Assembly (NCBI GenBank): GCA_038888155.1
Contig: JAWAJB010000001.1
Coordinates: forward strand, 320,001-384,000
Direction: 5' to 3'
DNA length: 64,000 nucleotides
Source: Desulfurococcaceae archaeon
Lineage (GTDB): Archaea > Thermoproteota > Thermoprotei_A > Sulfolobales > Desulfurococcaceae
Below, one piece after another: positions 47,187 to 56,076 of the stretch. Each line of letters begins with the position of its first letter. Within the stretch, counting starts at the first letter, position 1. The notes under the pieces are model-generated. The model searched no databases. It saw nothing but the letters and a program-made list of their open reading frames with translations, and was not told the origin of the DNA. A program made the position numbers and the translations under genes.

Positions 47187-47615
47187 CTACCTTACAATAA
47201 GCAACGACACTAAAGTGTTCACGCCCAGTGAAAGGGCAACTCCTCCGAGGCTTAGCTCGCTCAACCACGTTCTACCCCTAGCGCCTACGACTATGAGGTC
47301 GTAGCCCTCATTGACTATTTCCCTTATCAAAACTGCTTGGGGGCTTTCGTTGAGAGGGTCGTACTCTACGGACTTGTACGCTACAGTTATAGGTAAGTTT
47401 TTCAGCTTGTCTTTAGCTTTTACTAGGGGGTCTTCGCCTTCTTTGAGGCCCTTTGGCCTAGCGTTAATGACTGTTACCTTAGAGCCATAGTGTAGCGCCA
47501 GATCTGCTGCCACTAATAGCGCTTTAAGGCTTGTCTCGCTGCCGTCTACGGGCACAATTATCTTCCTAAAGTAGAGACTCACAACATATGTAGGTGCCTC
47601 TGTCAAAAAGCTCAC
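47187..47615 (-). CDS. Universal stress protein
   Basis: KIIVPVDGSE and DLIVVGARG...LGGV. Confidence 0.92.
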   Translation of the reverse strand: MSFLTEAPTYVVSLYFRKIIVPVDGSETSLKALLVAADLALHYGSKVTVINARPKGLKEGEDPLVKAKDKLKNLPITVAYKSVEYDPLNESPQAVLIREIVNEGYDLIVVGARGRTWLSELSLGGVALSLGVNTLVSLLIVR

Positions 47616-47826
47616 CTCTCTGGTTAGTTTCTAACAGCTAGGTAATATAACTTTATGGCGCCTATATAGTGTGAGGATTGCAGCTAGGGCTCTACTTCTA
47701 GCCTCTACTCGTCTCGAGTTAAACTACGGAGAGATTCCTAGGGAGACTGCTCATTGTTAATCCCTACCGATGGTTTCAATCACCCCTGCCTTTCATAGCT
47801 AGTTTAGGAGACACTCGGCTGTTCCA

Positions 47827-49062
47827 CTAGCCCATGAATAGTTTGCTTGATAGCTCTAGTGCCTTAAGGGCTGGAAGCTCTTCCCCGCTTAAGAAGATCA
47901 ACACAGCGTTACCTCCTGTAGAGACGTGTATTCTGTCGTCTGTCACTTCCTGCGGCAACATAGACGTGAGGTGGCCGCCCGCTATGAGTACAAACCCCTT
48001 CGAGGAGATAGCGGCGTCGACGAGCCTTTTAGTCCCCCACTTGAATTCTTCAACCTCTATTACGCCAGCTGGCCCCCTCATTACTATAGTCTTAGCTTCC
48101 TTTATGAGGTCCTCGTATATCCCTGCAGTCTGTTCGCCGATGTCCATTATGATCCCCCTTATCTGGCCTATATACGCGTTTTCAGTGTTGTCCCCTTGTT
48201 TTACCTTGAAGTCGACTGGAGTCTCTATAGGGGCGCCTTTCAGCAGGACCTGCCTCGCTTTTGGAATAAAGGGAATTAAGCCGTTTTCCTCGAGTACTTT
48301 GAGGTTTTCATTACCAACGTTAACTCCTTTAGCAGCCAAGAAGAGCAATCCGAGCAATCCACACGTTAGGATCCTGTCAACCATTTTGCTCTTAACTAAG
48401 TTTTCTATTATTCTCAAGTGCTCAGTTACTTTCTTCCCGCCGAGGACATACAGTATGGGGGATTCTGCGTTGGAGACGACTTTGTTCAAAGCAACTATTT
48501 CTTTCTCGAAGAGGGGCCCCATAGCGCTAGGCAGTAAAAGCGGCAACCCTACGATACTCGGCTGGCTCCTGTGGGCTGTTGCGAAGGCGTCGTTAACGTA
48601 GAAGTCTACAACTGAGGCAATTCTCTTAGCGAATATACTGAGCGCGTGCTTCTCTGGCGGAGCTTCGAGGATCTCCTCCGAGATCAACCTCAAGTTATCC
48701 AGCAAGAGCACCTCACCTGGCTTGAGCGATCTTATCGCGTTTAAAGCAGTTGGCCCAATAACATCGCTTACAAACTGAACGTTGAGGCCCGTGTGCTTCT
48801 GCAGGAGACTGCAGTGTTTCTCTAGCGTGGTGAAGTCTGAGGAACCCGGTCTGCCCTGATGGGAGCCTAGCACTAAAGCGGGGGAGTACTTGTTTACAAC
48901 TTCTTTTATGTAATGGGCGTGCTCGCGTATTCTCCTATCGTCAATTATTTCTCCCGTGTCGGGGTCTATAGGGACGTTTATATCTATTCTCATGAACACT
49001 TTTTTTCCGTGGACATCTAAGTCTTTTAAAGTTGGAAGCCTGGGTATATACAGCGAATGCAT
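47827..49062 (-). CDS. pgk: Phosphoglycerate kinase
   Basis: RIDINVP, SHQGRPG, LLDNLR, NDAFATAHR and HVSTGG; start taken at ATG 49062. Confidence 0.94.
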   Translation of the reverse strand: MHSLYIPRLPTLKDLDVHGKKVFMRIDINVPIDPDTGEIIDDRRIREHAHYIKEVVNKYSPALVLGSHQGRPGSSDFTTLEKHCSLLQKHTGLNVQFVSDVIGPTALNAIRSLKPGEVLLLDNLRLISEEILEAPPEKHALSIFAKRIASVVDFYVNDAFATAHRSQPSIVGLPLLLPSAMGPLFEKEIVALNKVVSNAESPILYVLGGKKVTEHLRIIENLVKSKMVDRILTCGLLGLLFLAAKGVNVGNENLKVLEENGLIPFIPKARQVLLKGAPIETPVDFKVKQGDNTENAYIGQIRGIIMDIGEQTAGIYEDLIKEAKTIVMRGPAGVIEVEEFKWGTKRLVDAAISSKGFVLIAGGHLTSMLPQEVTDDRIHVSTGGNAVLIFLSGEELPALKALELSSKLFMG

Positions 49063-49398
49063 ATCATCCCCAGCCAGAACTAAGAGTCGTCTATTTTTAA
49101 CTATCAATGGATGTATTTACATCACTACTCATGCACCAATACTAAAGTTTAAACGTGAATTTTTAAAACAACTATTTAAAAATTAATGAACGCGCTTTAA
49201 AGCGAGCAGTAAAGAGGAATGACTCTTACAGGAGTGGAAACGAACCTAGTTTAAGCTCTAGTGAATCCTGTGCCCTTGAATTTCTACAGCTTTAAGCGCA
49301 CTAAATCTTCCTTTAGCGCATGCAAGTTTGGGTAGGTGAGAAAGTTACTAGCCTGTAGCTAAACAAAAACATGCTAGATTTAACGGCTTGCGGTTTCT

Positions 49399-49584
49399 CT
49401 ATCCGCAGACGGGGTATTCATCAGGTACTTTTACCCTAAAGTATCTCCCAGTTTCGGGGTCTTGGAATAAGCCGATCTTAACTCCCTTCCTTCCAGCTGG
49501 GGCCAGTTGCCAGACCTTTATGGGGATAAGCTCTAGGTCCTTACCGCTTGGTGTTTTAACTTTAGCGCGCTCTGTGCAAGGCAT
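49399..49584 (-). CDS. cren7: Crenarchaeal chromatin protein Cren7
   Basis: [38 protein letters not shown]; GGTGA RBS before ATG 49584. Confidence 0.96.
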   Translation of the reverse strand: MPCTERAKVKTPSGKDLELIPIKVWQLAPAGRKGVKIGLFQDPETGRYFRVKVPDEYPVCG

Positions 49585-49693
49585 ATATTTCACCAATAAA
49601 TGTATTACTGTTATTGACTTAAATATTTTTTTGTACAGGATTAGAAACTTATAAATATGATATGTGAAGTTGTGCTATTCATTAGTTGTTTAT

Positions 49694-49756
49694 AAATCAG
49701 ATACCCCAGGGGTTAATCTCATTGACTTTCGAGTTGGCATGACTATCATCATCGCG
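49694..49756 (-). ncRNA. Box C/D guide sRNA (D guide complementary to the 23S rRNA peptidyl-transferase region)
   Basis: Minus strand has canonical C box ATGATGA (49752-49746) and D box CTGA (49700-49697) spanning 56 nt, degenerate D'/C' boxes, and a TTATAAG TATA element upstream. Confidence 0.78.
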
Positions 49757-49868
49757 ATTATAATATCAACGCTAAGAGCTTATAAGCCTTGTTAAAAAAC
49801 GCAGTGCTTACAGAGAACTAGAGATCAAGCGCTATTAGCGCCCCTTTATCTCGGGAGGAGTAAAGAGA

Positions 49869-51023
49869 CTACTCGTAGCTGTACGTGCCGTACTGCTTGC
49901 TCCACTCCTTGTAAGCGTCTATAAGCGTAGGGTCTATGCTTGGCTTGTGTTTCTTTATTACCTCTACGAAGTCTTCTGTAGCTACTTTCCTCTCTGAGAT
50001 ATTTAGGCCCTTCTCGTTTACTTCCTCAACGATATTGTTTTGTACCTCTTTTACTATTGAGACGAGATCAGCCGAGCTGTACCCCTCTGTTACGTCCGCC
50101 AGCTTATCAAAATCTATTTGCCCAATATTGAATGTCTTCGACAGCTTCATTACGTAGTGCTCGAATAGCTTCTTGCGGACATCTCTATTAGGCGGTGGAA
50201 CGTAAATTCTCCTCTCAAACCTTCGGATAAACCCTATATCGAGGTTCCAGGGCTTATTAGTTGCGCCAATAACGAATAGCTGGAGCTTTGTGGATTCCTT
50301 GCCAGCTAAGCCGTCTATTTCTATTAGGAACTGATTTCTAGCCCTTTTCTCTCCTCCTACTTCAACGCTGTATTGCTGGAATAGGCCATCAACTTCATCA
50401 ATGAAAATGAGGACGGGTTTACCAGTGCTCGTCAGTTCGCGGGCTGTGTCGAATAGCTTCTTAACGTTTTTTTCTGCGTCTCCAAGCCACTTACTCATAA
50501 TATTCGCTGGACTGATGTTGATTAAAATAGCGTCTATTTCATTCGCTAAAGTCAGCGAAACTTCTGTTTTTCCGCAGCCAGGAGGGCCGAAAAGCAGTAT
50601 CCCCTTAGGCCAGCCTAGGGGATATAGACTAGGCGTTTTAACTGGATATATAACAGATCTCTTGAGGGCCCTCTTTACCTCCTCTAAGTCGACTATATCG
50701 TTGAAGTTCTTCTTCGGCCTGTGCTCAGGCCTCAATACCTCAAAGGCCACGAGCTCTGCTGGATTGGGCGAGCTCTCGACTTGCTCTCTCTGTGCTTTTT
50801 CTAGCCTATTTTCAAGCGTGCTTATTCTGTTCTTGTACTTAGCAACTAGCTCTTTGTAGAAGTCTACGAGTGGGGCATCTGGGTATAAAACGATGTATTT
50901 TGAGAAGAAATCTACTGCCACCTTGTAGTACTTTATTGCAGTTTCGTAGTCCCCTGCTTTGTCGGCAGCTACAGCTCTTTGGGCGTACTCTACGCCTTTG
51001 TCCGCTATGTGATGCATGCTCAC
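49869..51023 (-). CDS. cdvC: Vps4-like AAA ATPase CdvC
   Basis: N-terminal MIT domain, GWPKGILLFGPPGCGKT, IFIDEVD and ATNKPW..RRFERRIYV. Confidence 0.94.
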   Translation of the reverse strand: MSMHHIADKGVEYAQRAVAADKAGDYETAIKYYKVAVDFFSKYIVLYPDAPLVDFYKELVAKYKNRISTLENRLEKAQREQVESSPNPAELVAFEVLRPEHRPKKNFNDIVDLEEVKRALKRSVIYPVKTPSLYPLGWPKGILLFGPPGCGKTEVSLTLANEIDAILINISPANIMSKWLGDAEKNVKKLFDTARELTSTGKPVLIFIDEVDGLFQQYSVEVGGEKRARNQFLIEIDGLAGKESTKLQLFVIGATNKPWNLDIGFIRRFERRIYVPPPNRDVRKKLFEHYVMKLSKTFNIGQIDFDKLADVTEGYSSADLVSIVKEVQNNIVEEVNEKGLNISERKVATEDFVEVIKKHKPSIDPTLIDAYKEWSKQYGTYSYE

Positions 51024-51043
51024 ATTAGCACCTTAAACGATGC

Positions 51044-51940
51044 TTATCTTCTCTTAACTTGAACTAGCTTCTTCGACTCGAGAGAGCTAAGCGCCTCCAA
51101 AACAACATTGCGCGGTACTCCGTACTTCTTTTCAAATACGCTGATGTCGAGTATACCTGCTGTTACCCTAAGCTCGTTCAGAAGCCACTGCTCCACTATG
51201 TGGAGCGGGACGCTGAAGTTTACTTGTACTTGTGGCTGCTGAAGAGCAGCAGTTTCCTGTTTCTTGTCTGGAGCCTGGGCAACAGGTGCTTGGAGCGGCT
51301 CCTCTTTTTTCTTCTCCTGCTGAAGCGAGCTCGAAGGTGCCTTCTCCCCTTTAGGTTGGGTTGTGGGGCTAGGCTTTACTTGTGGGGGGGCCTGCACCTT
51401 GCGATTTGAGTAAGGAGAGCGCTGCTCGGTAGAGTAGCTTGAAATAAGAGTTGTGCTCGTAAGGCCTGGTATGTACGGGGACGACATTGACATAATACTT
51501 GCTACTCTCTGCTCTAAAGCCCTAACTTGGTTTATGAGTTGTGGGTTTATTTTCTCAATGCTGGGCTCTATTGCTTTAAGCTCCTCGAGCACCTCTGGTA
51601 TTACCTTTAGCGGCTCCTCGACGTAGAACAGGGTTTCAAGCCTGTATTTAACTTTAGTGAGATCATACACTGTTTTTGTCAACATGGAGAGGTAGCCGTA
51701 TATGTTCTTAACCTCTTCGTCTAGTATCTTAGTCAACTCCTTGTCATCGCCCTGAGACCTCATTTTCTTTCTGTGTTCCTCAGCTACTGCCTCGAGGTTT
51801 TTCCTTGAGATCTCTAGGGATCTTAGCAATTTGTCTAGCATAGTGACGGATTGAACTAGCTCTTTTTTAGCTGGATCTCTATTCTTAAATAGCGAAAGAA
51901 ACCTGCTCAGTACCCCTGGACTAGCTATTGTTGCAGACAT
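51044..51940 (-). CDS. cdvB: ESCRT-III protein CdvB with C-terminal winged helix
   Basis: Snf7-like helical core (KVKYRLETL), Pro/Gln-rich linker, wH GILDISVFEKKYGV; directly upstream of cdvC. Alternative start 51964. Confidence 0.85.
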   Translation of the reverse strand: MSATIASPGVLSRFLSLFKNRDPAKKELVQSVTMLDKLLRSLEISRKNLEAVAEEHRKKMRSQGDDKELTKILDEEVKNIYGYLSMLTKTVYDLTKVKYRLETLFYVEEPLKVIPEVLEELKAIEPSIEKINPQLINQVRALEQRVASIMSMSSPYIPGLTSTTLISSYSTEQRSPYSNRKVQAPPQVKPSPTTQPKGEKAPSSSLQQEKKKEEPLQAPVAQAPDKKQETAALQQPQVQVNFSVPLHIVEQWLLNELRVTAGILDISVFEKKYGVPRNVVLEALSSLESKKLVQVKRR

Positions 51941-52294
51941 ACCCTTCCCTCTGTTCGTGTTCACTCTAAGTATCGTATTTGCACTATCTTTTAAGGGGTG
52001 GAGATGGTATTACCAGGGGCTTCTACTTAAGTTACATAGGCTCTTGCGCGCTCTGATGTAGAATTGAGCTGTTAGTTAGGACAACACAGCTTGGAAAGCG
52101 CGATGTTTTGTGCCTTTAGATTGCTGGTATCAGATGGCGCAGTTCAGTGCATGTCTTACTTCTCCCCTGAGGACCGAACCCCTAAGAAACACAAGGCTTT
52201 GGCCTCCCGAAGTCTTGGCCTCTAGGGGTAAACCCTAGGCACCGTAAAGCTCTAATAAGCCTTGTTGCGTAGTTGACATAGAGGTAGCTTAATT

Positions 52295-53794
52295 ATGCCC
52301 ACAAAAGTAGCTGTTGGAACAAAAGGCGTAGCATCAGACCATCAGCTAGCAACTCAAGTAGGGCTCGATGTCCTTAAAAGTGGCGGAAACGCGTTTGACG
52401 CGGCAATAGCTGTGAGCGCTGTGCTCTCCGTAGTACAGCCACAGATGAGCGGGCTTGGAGGAGACGCGTTCCTCCTCGGCTTCCTTGGAGATGAAGTCCT
52501 AGCTTATTCCTCGTCTGGGAAGTCTCCCAGCGGATTTAAAGAGGAAGAATACTTGAGCGCGAAGCCGCTACGCGGACCGTTAACAGTAACTGTTCCTGGG
52601 CTAGTGTACCTCTGGGGAAAAATATACGAAGAGTACTGCTCACTTCCGCTTGACTACTTGCTGAGGCCGGCAATTAGTATTGCCTACAGCGGATTTCACG
52701 TTGGGCTAATGCTCTCAGAGGCTATCTCAATGTACGAAAAGGAGCTAGGAAAGTACAAGTGGGCTAAGTACTACAGCGGACTAAAGCTAGGTGATCTGTT
52801 CATTAACAGGGATATGGCCAGGGCGCTTAGGTTAATTGCCTCGCGAGGCTGGGAGGAGTTTTACTACGGCGAGCTTGCTGAAGACATTGTCTCAGAGCTT
52901 GAAGAGCAGGGCGTAGGCATTGGCCTAGACGATTTAATGGACCACGAAGGCTTTAAGGTAAGGCCGCTCAAGCTTGAGCTGAACGACGCAACTTTGTACG
53001 AGCTCCCCCCGAACACTCAAGGAATAACAACGTTGCAGTTGATTAGCGCTCTACACGAGCTTAAATTAAGCAACGAAGATTTCTCTTCCCCCGCTAGGAT
53101 AAATAAGTGGAGTGAGCCCATAGCTAGGGCCTACATGTTCAGGGACTTACACGTAGGTGACCCGGACTACATGTCCATTAATCCAGAGCACTACGTAAAG
53201 TACTCGAGCATAGAGAAACTAGCCCTGAACACTCGTAGCGAGAGTCCAGGCAATGGAGATACAACGTTCTTTGTGGTCTCTGACGGCGACGCCATTATTG
53301 GGTTCATTCAAAGTTTATTTCACCCATTTGGGTCAGGGCTCACAATTAGTGGATTCCCCGTTCAGAACAGAGGCGTAGGGTTTGCTAAAAGCAGGGGCCT
53401 CCCTAATAGCCCAGCTCCGCGCAAAGTGCCCCTTCACACGCTATCTGTTCTTGGCGTTGATCGCGGAAAGGAGAAGTACATTATTGGGTGCGTGGGAGGG
53501 GATGTGAGACCTCAGCTGCACTTAAGGGTTTTCGAGAATATCTTCGCTTATGGCATGCCCATTGACAGGGCTATTGCGGCCCCGAGATTTCTGTACATGA
53601 CCCCATATGGAAGGCAGGAAGTAGTTGTGGAAAAGCCCCTGAGGCCTCCTCCGCAGAGAGAGAACAACTATATTGGGTTTGGAGAAGTTGACTACTTTAA
53701 AGCTAAAGGCCACGTCCACGTGGGGAGATTGACTGACCAAAAGGTGCTTATGGCCTGTGATCCTAGGAGCGAGGGAATTCCGCTAGCCACTTGA
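52295..53794 (+). CDS. ggt: Gamma-glutamyltransferase family (Ntn hydrolase)
   Basis: GGNAFDAA, SGLGGD, VTVPG, nucleophile motif GDTTFF, QNRG and DPRSEG. Confidence 0.92.
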   Translation: MPTKVAVGTKGVASDHQLATQVGLDVLKSGGNAFDAAIAVSAVLSVVQPQMSGLGGDAFLLGFLGDEVLAYSSSGKSPSGFKEEEYLSAKPLRGPLTVTVPGLVYLWGKIYEEYCSLPLDYLLRPAISIAYSGFHVGLMLSEAISMYEKELGKYKWAKYYSGLKLGDLFINRDMARALRLIASRGWEEFYYGELAEDIVSELEEQGVGIGLDDLMDHEGFKVRPLKLELNDATLYELPPNTQGITTLQLISALHELKLSNEDFSSPARINKWSEPIARAYMFRDLHVGDPDYMSINPEHYVKYSSIEKLALNTRSESPGNGDTTFFVVSDGDAIIGFIQSLFHPFGSGLTISGFPVQNRGVGFAKSRGLPNSPAPRKVPLHTLSVLGVDRGKEKYIIGCVGGDVRPQLHLRVFENIFAYGMPIDRAIAAPRFLYMTPYGRQEVVVEKPLRPPPQRENNYIGFGEVDYFKAKGHVHVGRLTDQKVLMACDPRSEGIPLAT

Positions 53795-53843
53795 CGCGAA
53801 CGAAGCAGCTTATTTTGTGCGCACTCTAACGCCTTTTTTGCAA

Positions 53844-54842
53844 TTAGTTTTTATTGAGTGTATTTAGAGTGGATTGCGGCAGCCTAGCTACAGACCCTCT
53901 GAAGTAAGTACTGCCGCCCCAAACTACTCTCGAGACTAGCTTCTTTGAAAGCAAGTTATCTAGCGAGATTACGCCGAGATCTCCATATATGCTTCTGACC
54001 TCTGCATACTTCAGAGGAGCCCTAAGCAGTTGGTTGTAGAGCATGTTAATTGTATTCCTCCACGTGGGCGTACTACGAGGTAGCGAAACTGTATCCGTAA
54101 ACACCTCGAGCCCCTGCATCAGCAGAAACTCCTCCAACCGCGTTAAGTAAGACTCAGGGCCCGGCTTTACATGCGGGCTCTGTGTAGGCCTATCAATGGG
54201 CTTCAGCACAACCCTTGCTGGCTTGATCCTCCCCAGTATGGGTATGGTCTCTTCCGCGTGCTTGTTATCAGGATATATGCTGTCTGCGAGCCTGAAAACT
54301 AACAGCTCCACTACGAGCTTACCTGGTGCCCTCTTAGAAAATTCCTTGAGGCCTTCGAGGTAGACGCTGAAATCAACGCCTGGCGGCCATCCCATTGCGC
54401 CCCTGTTATCTCCGTACCACGCGTACGGCACTAGGAAGTAGTCTACTTCCTCGACAATGCGTGCGTTTGCGTGCAGATTTCCCACGTTGATCCCGCTTGT
54501 ATGTAGGAGTACTTTGGGCCTATTGCTGTGCCTGCTCGTTAAATCCTTCAGTGCACTTACAGCTTTCTCTATGTTCGAGAGCAGGAGGGGATCTCCGCAT
54601 CCCCACACAAGTATTCCATCTATATTTATGCCTTTAGGCCAGAACTCCTCTACATCGTTTATAAGCGAACTAACATGTGCGCTGTAAATAGCTTGGGGCG
54701 CCACTTCTTTAGCTGGCCCAAGCGTGCACGTTATACAGCCGAGAGGACACTTTTTAGGCGGAGTTAAAGCATCTACGAGGAGTAGGTTTCCATACAAGCT
54801 ACTGGGGTGAAGTCCGTACACGTAGAGTAGCTTGAAGTCCAC
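53844..54842 (-). CDS. Radical SAM protein (COG0731-like) with a C-terminal winged-helix-like segment
   Basis: YGLHPSSLYG, KKCPLGCITC (CxxxCxxC), GCGDPLL and DRP. Confidence 0.75.
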   Translation of the reverse strand: MDFKLLYVYGLHPSSLYGNLLLVDALTPPKKCPLGCITCTLGPAKEVAPQAIYSAHVSSLINDVEEFWPKGINIDGILVWGCGDPLLLSNIEKAVSALKDLTSRHSNRPKVLLHTSGINVGNLHANARIVEEVDYFLVPYAWYGDNRGAMGWPPGVDFSVYLEGLKEFSKRAPGKLVVELLVFRLADSIYPDNKHAEETIPILGRIKPARVVLKPIDRPTQSPHVKPGPESYLTRLEEFLLMQGLEVFTDTVSLPRSTPTWRNTINMLYNQLLRAPLKYAEVRSIYGDLGVISLDNLLSKKLVSRVVWGGSTYFRGSVARLPQSTLNTLNKN

Positions 54843-54844
54843 AG

Positions 54845-56065
54845 CTAACTCGCCTCTAGCATACTTAAAAAGAATCCCTGACCGTTTACTTCGTGCGGAT
54901 ATATCCTATAGGTGCTTTTAGAGTGGGGATACCCTAGGTAGCCTTTTTTTAAGTGCGGAGCGGACAGCTCTAGTAGTTTGACATCTTTGTGCGCATTTAA
55001 AATCTTACCTATGAGTTCTTCCCCCTCGAGGGGATGTATACTGCAGGTCACGAAGAGGGCTCTGTTCCCCTGTTTTAAGTTGTTCCGAATAAGGTTAAGT
55101 TGAACTACGTGGAGTCCCTTGACTTTTTTCCTAGTTAAATACAATTTAATAGCAGGATTCGCGTAAACAGCACCGCTATCGCTACATGGAGCATCGATAA
55201 TTGCCACAGCGTTCCTTAAGTTGTACTGCAACACCCTTGAGTCCCCAACAACTACTATTAATCTCGGCGTCTTCCCCAAAACTTCCCCAGCTAACTGATA
55301 CACTAGTGTGGCGCGGTCCTCGCTTATGTCTACCGATATTGCCCTGTTGGCCTTCCCCTTAGAGAGGATCTGCAGGAGCTTTATGCCGGGAGAGCTACAA
55401 GCGTCAATTAGATCTTCGGCAGTTTCTTCTAGGAGTTTCGCTGTTATGTACGAACTTATATCTTGGGGTATTACGACACGATTTACTACGCATGGATTGC
55501 TCCCTATCTTAATAAATGGATCTTCCAATAGGAGGAGGTCCTTAAAAGTGCTGTGCCCTTTAACTCTTATACCTGTTTTTTCAAGGCACTCAATTGCGTC
55601 CGCGATGGAGTGTTTTAGCGTGTTTACGCGCAACCACCGCTTCCTCTCATTTAGGCTCTTTAGCATGTTTTCAAGCGCGCTGCGAGGTAACTTACCGTAA
55701 AGATCCCTGACGAACCAGTGAGGAAAGCCGTAGAGTAGCGAGATGCGCATTGTCTCTGACAGCGATCTCGATAGCTCCCGAATTTGGTCCACCAAACCCT
55801 CTAGATCAAAGCCTTTTGTGTATAGGTACTCTACGGCGCTTGTGGGGCTGGGGCTGTAGCCGCTATAGCTGGCCATAAACCTTATGCTGTGGTAATATAT
55901 CACGACCTTGTAGGCTATTTTGTAAAGATCCTTAGCTTCCCGCGGGGTTAAGCCGTATTTCCGAGTTATAGCGCTAAAGGCCCCGTCAAAGCTTAGCTTA
56001 CCAGACACCAAAGCCCTCAATAAGACAGTCAACAAAAACCTTGCCTTTTGGGGGTTAACGGACAA
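54845..56065 (-). CDS. RsmB/NOP2-family RNA m5C methyltransferase
   Basis: LRVNTLK, QDISS, DACSSPGIK, DAPCSDSG, TCSIHPLEGE and GFF. Confidence 0.88.
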   Translation of the reverse strand: MSVNPQKARFLLTVLLRALVSGKLSFDGAFSAITRKYGLTPREAKDLYKIAYKVVIYYHSIRFMASYSGYSPSPTSAVEYLYTKGFDLEGLVDQIRELSRSLSETMRISLLYGFPHWFVRDLYGKLPRSALENMLKSLNERKRWLRVNTLKHSIADAIECLEKTGIRVKGHSTFKDLLLLEDPFIKIGSNPCVVNRVVIPQDISSYITAKLLEETAEDLIDACSSPGIKLLQILSKGKANRAISVDISEDRATLVYQLAGEVLGKTPRLIVVVGDSRVLQYNLRNAVAIIDAPCSDSGAVYANPAIKLYLTRKKVKGLHVVQLNLIRNNLKQGNRALFVTCSIHPLEGEELIGKILNAHKDVKLLELSAPHLKKGYLGYPHSKSTYRIYPHEVNGQGFFLSMLEAS

Positions 56066-56076
56066 AGCTGTAAACC

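Noticed and set aside
47834-48601. 255-aa plus-strand ORF, and the many other 60-150-aa ORFs antisense to or overlapping the annotated genes
   Set aside because: These are shadow frames of well-supported genes (here pgk), with no recognizable motifs.
51965-52294. Possible cdvA remnant or ncRNA upstream of cdvB (small hairpin CTAGGG-GTAAA-CCCTAG at ~52222-52238)
   Set aside because: No cdvA-like translation was recognised, and a single 6-bp hairpin is not enough to call an RNA gene.
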